In this document: piece by piece, positions 12,020 to 26,921 of the stretch
How positions within the stretch are numbered: the first letter of the stretch is position 1
How the letters are laid out: each line of letters begins with the position of its first letter
Source of the DNA: Octopus sinensis
Taxonomy: Eukaryota
NCBI RefSeq assembly: GCF_006345805.1
Contig: NC_042999.1
Span: forward strand, 123,132,001 to 123,196,000
Direction: 5' to 3'
DNA: 64,000 nucleotides
Program-made: the position numbers and the translations under genes
The notes under the pieces: generated by a model
The model's input: the letters and a program-made list of their open reading frames with translations, nothing else
What the model was told of the DNA's origin: nothing
Database searches by the model: none

Positions 12020-12470
12020 ATATATATTTATATGTATATATATGTATAAGAATATAAATGTGTATATATATGCATCTATATATAAATATTTATATGTATA
12101 TATATGTATATGAATATAAATGTGTATATATATGCATCTATATATAAATATATATGTGTATACATGTATATATAAATATATATTTATATGTATATATATG
12201 TATATGAATATAAATGTGTATATATATGCATCTATATATAAATATATATGTGTATACATATATACATGTATATATAAATATATATTTATATGTATATATA
12301 TGTATATGAATATAAATGTGTATATATATGCATCTATATATAAATATATATGTGTATACATATATACATGTATATCTATATATATATTTATATATGTATA
12401 TCTATCTATATGTATATGCATGTATATATGTATGCGTGTATATATATATATTTATGTCTATGTATATGTA
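12020..12470. repeat. Complex TA-rich minisatellite
   Basis: Recurring tatatatgcatctatatataaat...gaatataaatgtg units. Confidence 0.9.
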
Positions 12471-12743
12471 TGTATGCAAACGTTTGTATTTATGTATATT
12501 TATGTATTTATGCATTCTTTTATTCTTTTCAGTCATTGAACTGTGACCATGCAGGGGCTCCACCTTCAAAGTGTTTGTCGATCATTTCAACACCAGTACT
12601 TATTTCAGTCTGGTACTTATCTTATTGATCTTTAACAACACTATATAAACAATATAAACAACACTAAATCTATACAGGAACATGCAAAGGCCCATCACAT
12701 ATATGGAGACATATACGACAAATATATATATATTATTTATATA

Positions 12744-12783
<40 letters not shown>

Positions 12784-12799
12784 CATTATATATCAAAAT

Positions 12800-13839
12800 C
12801 ATCATCATCGTTTAACGTCCACTTTCCATGCTGGCATGGTTTGGACGGTTCAACTGGGGTCTGGGAAGCCAGGAGGCTGCACCAGGCCCAGTCTGATCTG
12901 GCAGTGTTTCTACAGCTGGATGCCCTTCCTAACGCCAACCACTCCGTGAGTGTAGTGGGTGCTTTTTACGTGCCACTGGCACAGATGCCAGGCGAAGCTG
13001 GCAACGGCCACGTTCGGTTGGTGCTTTTTACGTGCCACCAGCACGGAGGCCAGTCGAGGTGGCGCTGGCAATGGCCACATTCGCATGGTTCTATTACGTG
13101 CCACCAGCAATAGTATCACAACTACAATTTCCATTGATTTTTGATCGATTTTGATTTCGCTTGCCTCAACAGGTCTTCGCAAGCAGAGTTTTGTGTCCCA
13201 AGAAGGAAAGGTATGCATAAGTGGACTGGCTACATCCCACTTGTCCTGCCGGATCTTCTCACGCACAGCATACTTCCAAAGGTCTCAGTCACTAGTCATT
13301 GCCTCGGTGAGACCCAGTGTTTGAAGGTTGTGCTTCACCACCTCGTCCCAGGTTTTCCTGGGTCTACCTCTTCCACAGGTTCCCTCAACCGCTAGGGTGT
13401 GGCACTTTTTCACACAACTATCTTAATCCATTCTCGCCACATGACCATACCAGCGCAATCGTCTCTCTTGCACACCACAACTGATGCTTCTTAGGTCCAA
13501 CTTTTCTCTCAAGGTACTTACACTCTGTCGAGTATGAACACTGACATTACACATCCATCAGAGCATGCTGGCTTCATTTCTTGCAAGCTTACACATATCC
13601 TCAGCAGTCATGGCCCATGTTTCACTGACATGTAGCATGGCTGTTCATACACATGCATCATACATTCTGCCACTTACTCTGAGCGAGAGGCTTTTTGTCA
13701 CCAGCAGAGGTAAGAGCTCTCTGAACTTTGCCCAAGCTATTTTTTACTCTAGCAGTTACACTTTCAGCATACCCACCCCTGCTGCTGACTTGGTCACCTA
13801 GGTAACGGAAGCTATCACTACTTCTAGTTTTTCTCCCTG
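12800..13839 (-). mobile_element. 5'-truncated RTE LINE (ORF C-terminus, 3' UTR and (GAT)n tail)
   Basis: Reverse complement aligns to 49665-50880; frameshifted near the truncation point. Confidence 0.92.
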
Positions 13840-13967
13840 TACATAAAGTATGCATATATATATTATGTATATAATGTGTGTGTGTGTATATATATATAAT
13901 GTATGTGTATATATAATATATATATATATATAAAATGTATGTATATATATATATTATGTATATGTGT

Positions 13968-14026
<59 letters not shown>

Positions 14027-14054
14027 TATATATATGTATATATACATGCATATA

Positions 14055-14345
14055 TGGGTACAGGACATCAAAAAACGTTGAACACAATGAGAAACAAAAA
14101 CATAGTAACAAACATTTTTTCGAACAGTGAAAAAATACAGAGAAGCAAGACATACAACATAAAGAATATTCCCCTTCTTCAGTTGTCCCTGTTTCATCTA
14201 CTCCATGTTTTGAAGGCAAGGACAAGACGCGACTTTGTTGAAACAGTCCTTCCCGCAAAGCAAATTAAATAAAATTTGGAATTTTTTGTGAAGGGTGAAG
14301 GTGGTAACAAGAACAGGACAGTGAGAACCAAACAGTAAAAACAAA
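14055..14345. repeat. Interspersed repeat, possibly a Penelope-associated terminal segment
   Basis: Follows a (TA)n tract and carries ctgaagaagggg on the minus strand. Family recognised from memory only. Confidence 0.35.
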
Positions 14346-14939
14346 CAGTGAGGACTGTTAAGCTGAGATGATAGAAAAATTATTATGAATGCATGGAAGA
14401 CGAGCTTATGAAAAAGACAGTATAAGCACATTTGTTCTTTTTGAAAGTTGTGGGCAGAAAGGTGATTATCTTTTGTCACATGTCAGCAACAAGAGAGTTG
14501 AGGAGGATGGGTAAGAGAGAGGGAATGGTGAAGAGGAGAGGAGAAGAATGGGAGAGAAAACCAGAAAGGATGAAGAACAAGAGAGGGAGAGAGATAGACC
14601 GAGCAGAGATAATAAAGGTAGAAGAGTACACACACACACACACACTCACATGAGAGAATTGTGTTGGTTCAGGGTTGTAGTAGAAGAAATTGCAGAGGAT
14701 TCTTGGTGTGGAAGTGAACTTGGAGTCACATGAACTGTGCCTGCACATATATGTCAGCATGTGTGTATATGTGTATATCTGTGAGAGTGCATGTATATAT
14801 GTGAGCATGTGTGTGTGCATGCACATACACACGCACACACACACACTAGTAGCAATCCACTTCCTCACACTGTTGTAGCTTCTGAATGCTATAATTTTAC
14901 AGGCTACGCAGGCAGTCCAACATGCCTGTCTGTCACAGA

Positions 14940-15060
14940 ATTACCCATTTACAACTGAATTGACTGGACCAATGTGAAATGAACACAATACACCACTGGT
15001 CTGGAAATTGAAATCATGATCTTGAGATCATCAGAACAGTAAACTAACCTCCACACCACA
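14940..15060 (-). mobile_element. Degenerate SINE family C head
   Basis: tacccatttacaactgaattgactggacc...ggaaattgaaatcatgatc is the reverse of the head/core at 5237. Confidence 0.5.
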
Positions 15061-15784
15061 CACCTTCACACTCACATATATGCGTGTGTGTGGAAGCAAT
15101 AATTTTGCAGATTTATGTAATGTGCCTTGTGTCTCCAAGCAATCCTCCAGGCTCAGTGCACAAAGGTTTTTTCATTGACCAACATCTTGGTTTTCAAATA
15201 GGACTAACCATGTGCACTGAGCCTGAAAATTGCTTGGAGACACAAAGCATATTATATACATCAAATTATATTTCCATGGCATGAAACTATTAGTAGCTGT
15301 TATTTAAATACTGTGTATATTAAATGACATATATTCTGTATATAGGTATATGCATATGTATACTCATTTATTTGTATGTAAGATATATATAACGTTCGAT
15401 AAGTCAATGTTTTTTCTTTATGGTAACAGAGGTTGAGTAGGAATTGATGTTAAGGCAGGATTTTCAAGGCCTTATGCTCTTTCTGTCATCAACTTACGCG
15501 CGTGTTTGAGGTAAGGAATTTTTATATTTCACAGCCTTTTCAAAACCCAGATCGACCAGTCATAATACTAGTTCAGTCAACCAGATTTACTCTCAAGGCA
15601 TTGGCCAACCAAGCCTGATAGAAATATTCACCTTTGACATGAATCCCAAATTGCATATGTGTGCTTATGGATGTGTGTGTGTGTGTAACGTCATCATCAT
15701 TACCATTTAAAATCTAGCTTCATGTTGGCATGGGCTGGATGTCTCAACAAGATCTGGTGGCTTTACATATATATATGCTTATGT

Positions 15785-17685
<1,901 letters not shown>

Positions 17686-17919
17686 TATATGAACATATTT
17701 AGTTGTATGTATGAATGTGTGTGTGAATATATATATCTTTGCATGTATACAGATGGATGTATTCATGTGTATGTATATGCCATCTTTATGATCATTTAAT
17801 GTCTACCTTCCATTCTGGCATGAGTATGACAGTTTGACAGGATGTGATATACTGGACAATTTACTCTTGCTCCATGTCTCAATTTCAGCGTTTCTGTGGC
17901 TTGATGCCCTTAATGATTG

Positions 17920-17951
<32 letters not shown>

Positions 17952-20353
17952 GTAATAGAACTATAGCATCTGTGTTGCTCTCAGCAAGACTAAAGTGTCC
18001 TCTCAATCATTGTGCTGTTTCTGCTTTTTTCACCATCAACTTCACAATGTGTACTGAGTCTTCTTTCCCTGCCACCTGCACTGGTGAGGTTAATTATACA
18101 CATGTGCTCACATGCACACATACATATATTTATATATATTAAATTATGAAGCTATGTAAGTAAGAGTCTAAACAATGTCATTTATCCAGATTATCACCAA
18201 TGACTTATAGTATATTTTTATACATTTGTTTGAGGCTTACCAACAATTGCTACTCAAATTAGTTGTTCTCTATTTTGTCAAAGGTTTAAACTATTGAATA
18301 TTTTCCTTAGCTGGAATGTGTTTGACCTTTTCATTGAAACTTTTAAAACATCACTTGGATACAGTTTGAATCATATTTTTGCTTTTGTAGTTTTACCTAA
18401 AATTTATTTTCAGTTATTGTTCTCAGTGGCACTAGCAATGTAAGTAGAATGTTAGAATGTAATTACTTGATTACTCTTTGTGCTTATCTAATCACAGGAA
18501 ATTAGATGAGATATGCATTACTTTAGGTATCTAATAATTTGGCAATCGGGAATGTAGCTGCAAATGGTGTGGAGATGTTGGTAAATAGTATTATTGATGC
18601 ACACTACACACACACTCTAAAGATTAACTTGACAGGTTATTATATGGCTAAATCAAGAGCCGCTAATCAAGAGGATATTGTTTTTATTATGTCACAATAG
18701 TTAAATGACTATGATGGAAATCTGAGAACAAATCCAGTATTTTGCAAATAGGTAGCATCATCAACCAGTTCCAGCAAAAGAAATTTCATGCGCATAAGTA
18801 TTCAGACATCTCAAGAAATTATATTCTATAGAACTGAGCACCAAGTGGGACATGTTTATTGAGCAAATGTTCAAACATCAAATCTTCAAACAAAATTTAA
18901 GATATTAAAGATGGTGATGTATGGGAGAAACTAATGAACTGAATGTATTTTCAAAATGAAGATTTTTTTTTTAGAATTTGTTTTATTGATATAGTTTTAT
19001 TTGAAAGGTCATGTTTTTTTTCTCAGTCATCGGTGTTATATAGCTATATATTAAGTAATATATTTTTGTAATAAGTTATTTTTTTCTGTCTTCATTAAAA
19101 TTAATTGACAGTAAAATGCACCCGAAAAATATTATTGCTTCTTAACAGGACTTTTTAAAAAAAATATTCTTGTTGATGTACCAAAATTAAACTATTTATA
19201 TCTAAAATATCTATCACAACTGATTTGTATTTAATTTTAGAATTATTTCCTTCAGTGTTTTCTATTTGTAATTAATACAAAATTTTTTACTCTTTGTCCT
19301 TGTCAAATTCTAAAATTTCACATTCCTTGAATTATATTTTCAGTCTTTCAATTTCAGCACAATTTTTCAGCATTGCACTTGATCTCTGCTATTCCAGCAG
19401 GTATAATATGAATAAGATAACCATACTTAAATCATTAACTTTACAAAAATTAAAACATACAACCCACCTTTTTGCTATTTTGAATAAAATTGTCTCGGGC
19501 AGTGAGTTCAACACTTGATTTTCTTTCTGTTATCAATTACAAATATCACATTTACATTTGTGTATTTTTATATTCAGCAGATAATTGTGCATATATTATT
19601 ATTGTGTGTGAGTGTAATAGATATATACCTATAAAAAAGAAATGTCACCACACCAAGTATATGGGGAAGTGAAAGGTTTGGGAATCATAATTGTTGATAT
19701 TTAATATGATCCAATTGCTTGCAATTTATGCAATGTTGAATAATTATACATATACCTTTTAATGTTATGAATAATTTAAATCATTGCTTTTTAAAAGAAA
19801 TACTCCATCATTAAGAACCATTAGCTAATAGTGTGGAAAGCCTGCTGTGTATTTATGTAAGAAATAACATTCTTTAAATTATTAATAGTTCACTAGGCAT
19901 TGACAATAAGTAAACACACTTCTGCCCCAAAAGTACCGTACTCAGAGTTTATGATAAACTATGATAACCAGTGATAATTCTCATTTAACCATTCTTATTC
20001 ATCATTCTTTCAATCTTTGTAATGTCACTTTCTCTTAACAGGGTTTTTTTTTCAGTGGCTCCAAGATTCTCAGTTCTCATAGAAAAGAAATGTTTAAAAT
20101 GACCTTTGTGTTTATAACTTTAAAAGATAATGAAATAACATATCCTCTACATTCCTTTTCAGCTAAATTTACTTATTTCACTCTCTGACTTCCACTGTAG
20201 TTCGTATATCATTTATTATTATTATTATAAAAAATTGCAATCTAATTTCATTTCTGTTATTATAGCCAATTTCAGCAAGATTTCTTTTTAGAAACCTCAA
20301 TTTTGTTCTGTCAAATCTTTTGTTGGTCTAAACCATTTTTTTGTCTTTTACAG

Positions 20354-20404
20354 GTGCAAGGGATTTCTACCCCAAGAACAAAGGCTTCAGGATCACAGAG
20401 AAAG
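20354..20404 (+). CDS. Candidate 51-nt internal exon (all three frames open, e.g. VQGISTPRTKASGSQRK or GARDFYPKNKGFRITEK)
   Basis: ttttttgtcttttacag| acceptor and aag|gttagt donor; GC-richer island in AT-rich sequence. Confidence 0.5.
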
Positions 20405-23400
20405 GTTAGTAATGTTTATTTATCAAAAATATGGTGACAGTCTATATTGTGTACTAGTTGTGTATAATTTAATTTTCAGCAGTGGAAAGTTTTATGCATT
20501 TAATATTGGTTTGTATTTTTAATTCTATATTAGTGTGTCCGTGCGTGTGTGTTTAGACTTTTTCTAAATTGGTTTTCGGAATTGTATCTTGTAGGCCTCT
20601 TAACTAAAGTTAGATTTCATTCATTTCTAGTTGTCAGACTCATGCATGCTCTGATAGTCAGTTTCTAAAATATCAATATTATATACAGTATTTATCATCT
20701 GCAAGCATATAAAATAGGTTATTATATGGCACTACACATTTTATTACACATATGTTATATTTACACTATGAAATAATTCATTCCAGTTTTCTACAAAGAC
20801 ATATATACAATTTTATTGAATATGTACTGCTGTAACTAAATTGAAGTTAAAGGAGTTCAGTGTAGTTAAAATTGCAATGTGAGAGATGTTCTTTAAGGGT
20901 TATATTCACCAAAATATTCTGCACCAAAACTATAAGAGATATTCCACTATAGAATCAATCTATGGCTTAGTATTTGTAATTTTACTTCTGCTTGGTAGGA
21001 AATTCTTTAATGGTTGTTGATTTGTATAATTAAAACTGTATTACCTGGAAACAATTCAGTGGCACCACATTATCATCAATGTGGAAGTACATTAATGAGG
21101 ATATGCATCTAATTGATGAGTCTACATCACTGTCTGTGTTCTGGTTACATTAAGTGCAAATAAATCACTCTAAAAGAGAAACAAAATGTATTAAAGAAGT
21201 GTTGGTTTTATTAAAAAATATTTACTCTGTTATTCAAATTAGAATTCGATTTTCTTTTTATCTGTTTTCTTTTTTCATAAACTTCAAAATATATATTGCC
21301 TACTTCATTCATAAAAACACATTAGCCAATCTTAAGCATTTCTGTACCAATTAAGACAGTATAAGCCGGAAGGTAATGCACTAAATAAATACTTCACCTG
21401 CCAATTAAAGAGATAAAAGTGAATGCTTCTTCAGTTTATAATTAATAGTAGCAAACAGACAGCTCCAACTGTAAGATATTTCCTCCAATAATTTCTCCAA
21501 AGTCTAAATTTGTAAACTTTCCAGCTAATATTAGATTTAATGCTATAATGCAAAATAGTCAATTAAATAAATAAATCAAGTTCTATACTGGTAAAAATGT
21601 AGGAATGTTTACAAATTCAGTAGAGGAGGACAGTCTCCAGATAATTAAAGCTAAATTAGAAATGCAAACATTGAAATCTTTAAAATCACATTAAAATAAA
21701 ATATTTAAAATATTAAAGAGATTATGTATGTTATCAATAATCTTTTTCCCTAAAAATGTTTCTTCTTAAGGGCACTTGTGTTCTTAAGTCTAGTGCCTAC
21801 TTTTTTTTTTTTTGCTATGTTATGTAGATGAGAAACGTATCTTCCTCTTGATAGAATGTCTAGCTGTTCCTAGTAACATCTCTCAGATGAAATGCCATAT
21901 ATTCCCCTGTAGCTAGCTGAACCAATGCACTGAAAAATACATTTCCAATGAAATATTGCAGAGCTTGTGGTCATATACCTTAGCCTCCCAGCTATTTTGC
22001 CTTTTCTATTGCTTTAACTATTCAGAAATAAAGGAAATGTTTGAAACCAGTTGTATTTAAAAAGCTGGCATTAAACAGTTTCCCTCCAATAAAATAACTG
22101 ATCAATGTTAATAATAGATGTATGATTCTTGTTTAGATTTGGTATTGGCTAATTTAACCTTTGAAGAATTAGAACAACAACTCTTTGTAATCATGTGTGA
22201 AACTTTATAGCCCAAGTAATCATTTTTGGACCAACATTTTATTGCTGGTATTAAAAGAAACAAAATGGAAGCATATCATAAAACCATTCTGACTATCAAA
22301 TTGTCCAGTTTTTATTTCTTACTATTCTTGCTATGAAATAATTTTGATTTTATTCCTTATTACTTTGTTTGATTCACTGTTCCAGAGAGATGAATGGAAA
22401 TTGTTAGCTTTCTAGAATAAGATTTGGTCATTGATTGTTTTACTTCCATTGTTTTCAGCTTTCGACAAATTTGTGTTTCTTTTATGTTCAGCTGTATTTT
22501 ATTTTTAAATATAAGACTGATTTAAGTCAGCATCACATCAGAAGTAGAAAGTAAATGCTGGAAAGAAGCCAAATGTAAGCAAAAAACAAAATCTGACCCA
22601 ATAAATATATTAAACTAATCATTTATATTTATAAATCATAGCATTATTTATTTGGATCTCTTCTCAATTCAGAAACTGCCAAACTTATTCTTGAGTGATT
22701 ATTAGTTTTTGAATTTGAATCCATTTCAGTCAGTTTTTCCCCACTTAAAAAAAAAAATGATTTCTTTTTGAAATATTTCAAAAATTAAGTTTGCAATGAT
22801 AATCATATTCAAAAAGTGGATAAAACACACATACATGCATACTTGCATTACACAGTCATATATGCACATGCACGCGTGCACACACATACACACACACACA
22901 AATATGTCTATATATCTTACATGTAAAATTTGATTAACATTATATGGTTTGTTAATTTTGCAGCTAAATTGCATGATAGATTGAGAAATCATTTGCAGAA
23001 ATTACAGTTTATAAATTTTTTTTATTGATTATTAAATAATTTTTTATAATTTAATTTAACATTTTCTTTTGATAATTTTTGAAATTAAGTAATTAAAATA
23101 TGAATGAATAATCAAGAAAATGAACCATTTCAAATATGGATACTTTTATTTTTTTAAAGTCCATTGAATATTTATTTTCATTATTGGATCATTTTAATAT
23201 GAAAGAGAACATATTTAAATAAAATAGAGCTATCATGTTTTATCTTATTGAAGGTTGCATTGAGTATCTTGTGAAAAGAGCCTTAGTTTTTTGTCATCAG
23301 AATCATCATGCAAAATTGAGAAGTGAACTCAGTTTTTTAATTAATGAATGATTGTTTACTTCTGAAAAAAAAATGTATTCTAATAACACTGTTTTTTTTT

Positions 23401-23699
23401 TGTTTTTTTTTTTTGCAATAAAACTACCTTGATCCTATTGAATGTAAGAATTATTTCAGAACAACTGAAACATCTTTTTTCTAGCAAATTTTTATATTCA
23501 TTATCTTGAATCTTAATAAGAGAAAGGTAATTTCTAAAGTCAGATGTAGGGGAAAAAAGTTGAAATAATATGTATTCTACATTTATTTACATAATTTTGT
23601 AATCAACATTCAACACTATCTTGTTATCTCAGGAAATGAAATATCTTGAATTTGTTATTCTCCCCCTATTGAAAATATTATGTGATGTAATCTTATTCG

Positions 23700-24800
23700 A
23701 CCCTCCCAATTTGGATTTATTCCTAACTTCATCTGCTGTGGCCAACACATGAAATTTCTTGAAGATATCACCTGAATGACATACATGGCTCATGGATGAA
23801 TATTAACTATCTTGACTTCACCAAAGCTTTTGAATATATATCACTCAAATGGTTTGTGATGAAGCTCTCTACAATGGTCTTGAAGGCTAACTTTTATATC
23901 CGGTTAAAAGACTTCAATCAGTTATAAAGATTAGCCTTCATTCTCTTTTGAAAAGAGGTAGTTACAGTACTAGAACAACATGCAGCATTTCATGTGATGA
24001 TGTTTAGTGTCCCACAGGGATCCGTTCTTAGTACCCTGTTATTTGTTGCATACTTAACCCTTAAACAGCAGACATCAATCTGTGGTTCATTAGAAAACAG
24101 CAGATCATTAATTGATGTCTTAACTGCTTTATATGGGATATAACCATCATTAAAGGAAGTTTTTGTTTATGATATTATGAATTTTAATATATAATAGACT
24201 GACAATTATTATAGATTTTGTACTTAAATTATGCTTTAGAAAAGATAATTTTGGATTTTTTTCCTGCTTGGCACACAGATTTGTGCCACCCTTTCTCACC
24301 ATTTAAAAGATAAGGAAACAGATGTCAACTTGGATTATGTTACTATGTTTAAATATGCATATTGTATTAAGCATTTATCCAAAGATAAAACAAATACAAA
24401 AAAAGAAGGTCCTGTATACTATAGATCTTTTCTACAATTTGACCCGGACACAACACTGCAATGGATTGCTCTGTGGCAAATCAAGCTCATTTTAGACAAG
24501 TGTACCACAATAGATTTTGGGAGAAAAACCTGGAGTTTACCTATTTCCTGCCACAATATCCATAAGAAGTCTACTGTGAAACATGACCTGAGCCTTATTG
24601 TCAGCAATGATCTGCATCAAATGAAACATATTACTAAAATCATTAAAAAGCTGAAAAGTGTTTCACCGTCACTTAGTATGAGCTTTGTCAAGCACTGACC
24701 AGCTATCTGGTTAAAGCTATGTGGATAGGTGTGTCCACACTTACGTTTTCCATCTCCAGTCTAGAATCCCTTCTTATCCAGAGTTTCAATCTGCAAGAAG
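23700..24800 (+). pseudogene. Decayed CR1/L2-type LINE reverse transcriptase
   Basis: SQFGF, YLDFTKAFE (23809-23835), SVPQGSVLSTLLF (24007-24045), LQWIALWQIKLILDKC and DLSLIVSNDL; interrupted by unrelated sequence at ~24055-24400. Confidence 0.8.
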
Positions 24801-25019
24801 CTATCCAGTAATGTGGAACCAGACAAATATGCTCTGTCAATCACTAACTATACCTTAAAGGTATTTCTTCTCTCAGCATCGACATGCTAAAGTTTCAGTA
24901 TTAGCCGCTGACTTAGAAGCCAACAAGATCGTCTATCATTTTTCTTACAACAACTTCAGCTATATTTTTGAAGTGAAAAAAAAATCCTTACAATGATAAT
25001 AACAATGATAATAATAAAT

Positions 25020-25215
25020 AAAGTAGCAAGCTTAGTGGCATTTCTTTCACCTCTTAATGTTCTGAGTTCAAATCTTATTGAAATTAATTTTTCCCTTTCA
25101 TCCGTTTGAGGTTGGTAAAATAAAGTACCAGTCAAGTACTGACGTTGATGAAATCCACTAACCACTTCCTCTAAAAATGCCAGCCTTGTGCCCAAATTTG
25201 AAACCATTATCATTA
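25020..25215 (+). mobile_element. SINE family A, 5'-truncated
   Basis: ttctgagttcaaatc...ccctttcatcc...aaagtaccagtc...ccttgtgcccaaatttgaaacc. Confidence 0.7.
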
Positions 25216-25640
25216 TTATAACTTGAAATGACAGCAACAGAAATTAATCTGAGTAAAGCAAAATCCTTATTTTTCTCCTTAATTTTAAACCTAATATCTA
25301 AGTTTCAACTTCAGCTAAGAATTTTTAAGTTTTCAGCAATTAGCCTACTATGAATTACTAGATAATATTTAACATTAGTTAAGAAGTTACTTTGCTGTTA
25401 CTCTGTAGAAATAATTTCTTACAGTAATTTTTTTTTTGACAAAATAATGATTTCTTATAAGATGATGAGAATGAAAAGATATAGAAAAGCTATATGGTTA
25501 TCACATTGTACATCAATTAAGAAAATAAATGAAACTACAGATAATTAAACAAATTAATAATCCACTGCAACAAACTGATAATGTGCTTCTTTTAAACACT
25601 GAAATTTCACCTCTTAATGTTCTGAGTTCAAATCTTATTG

Positions 25641-26921
25641 TTAGTGATACAGCATTCTTTTGCAACTATATGACATGTATTTGCGACTAAGTGACATGTG
25701 GTGAAGGTTCACCCCCAAACCGAAATAGGCTCCCAGCATCTGAGTCATAAATGGTTATGTGGACCACTCCTAATGAAAACCAGAGCTTCCTTTCACCACT
25801 ACATAAAAAGTATTAAGAAAAAATGTTATTTAGGTATACTTTTATTTTAGTTGTTTACACTATTTTATGCTTGTTTATACTCTTATACATTCAAAGTTCA
25901 TAAATTTCCTTATTTAGATTATGAATCATATTCCTTTTGATAATATCAATATGACTACAGAATATTTTCTGTTTGGATGACACTAACTTTCAAATTACTG
26001 GAGTCCATTGCTCTACTCATAGCGATGTATAACTGGCTGTGTAAACGTCGAATTGGATAAAAATACACCTACACAATTTAAAGTCTTGTCCTGTGCCTTC
26101 TTTGCTGTGAATGCGCAAGCAGAATCTTTAGGGTTGCAAAAATTCAAACTAAGACTTACCTCTGACTGTTCTATGCAAATAATGTCTGAATGTTCTGGTG
26201 CCATGAGTTATTTTGATTGACAAAACTGAGAGGTAAACAACAGCTGCTGTGATTAGCTGTTTCAAATCCTGCTCGAGACTGACACACTTAATAACTGCTA
26301 AATAATAACACACACTACATACTGACACACACTTTTTCCATTTTATTTTCACTATTTACCATCTTTGCGACCTCCTTCATATCTACAATGGGGCCTCAAA
26401 CTATTTAATGAAAATCCAGAGTTACTCGTGGTCAGTAAATTTTTTAATAAAAATGCAAAGGTAGTTCATCAATTCAAAAATCGATATCCATGAAATAATC
26501 ATACTTTCTGATTTTTTAATGCTAAAAACCTTCCTGACAACTGTCTTTGTAATACTGAAAAATATTGTAACCATTGGTCCAGCCGTCTGGCCATGAAGAG
26601 AGAACAGGTGAAGAGACAAACAGACAGATGGACATAATTCCCATTATAGCAAGGTGGCAAATCTAAACACTCTATATTCATGAACTATATGGGGGCAAAA
26701 TCCAGAGTTAATCCTTGTCGCTGGAATTTAAAAAAAAAAAATCAAAGATGATTTATTAATACAAAACTCAATATCCACTAAATAATCATACTTTTTACAT
26801 GTTTTTCACTAAAAACCTTCCTGATTACCTCCTTTGTAATCCTGAAAAATATTATGACCATTGGTCCTGCCATTTGACCATGAAGAGGGAACAGACAGAC
26901 ATAACACCGCTTGTAGTAAGA
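25641..26921 (-). mobile_element. Internally deleted Helitron with a PIF1 helicase C-terminal remnant
   Basis: Minus strand CAFTAKKAQDKTLNCVGVFLSNSTFT [frameshift] QLYIAMSRAMDSSNLKV matches Helitron helicase INKSQGQTL..VG.YL..PVF.HGQLYVALSR. 5' end A|TC at 26921 with acagacagac and ggtccagccg subterminal motifs; possible CTAA 3' end at 25641. Confidence 0.75.

Larger units (their letters stand above)
10734..12020. mobile_element. Hammerhead-bearing 557-bp repeat in inverted plus tandem arrangement (retrozyme / Penelope pLTR-like)
   Basis: 10734-11075 is the reverse complement of 11212-11551; 11074-11463 recurs at 11631-12020 (offset 557, one substitution seen). Confidence 0.85.

Noticed and set aside
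14105-14190. Minus-strand CTGAAGA...CGAAA...GTT in the repeat at 14055-14345
   Set aside because: Stem II cannot be drawn and stem I is out of register.
26161-26204. Minus-strand MAPEHSDIICIEQSE followed by a perfect gag|gtaagt donor
   Set aside because: Lies inside the Helitron remnant with no partner exon found; likely fortuitous or transposon-internal.
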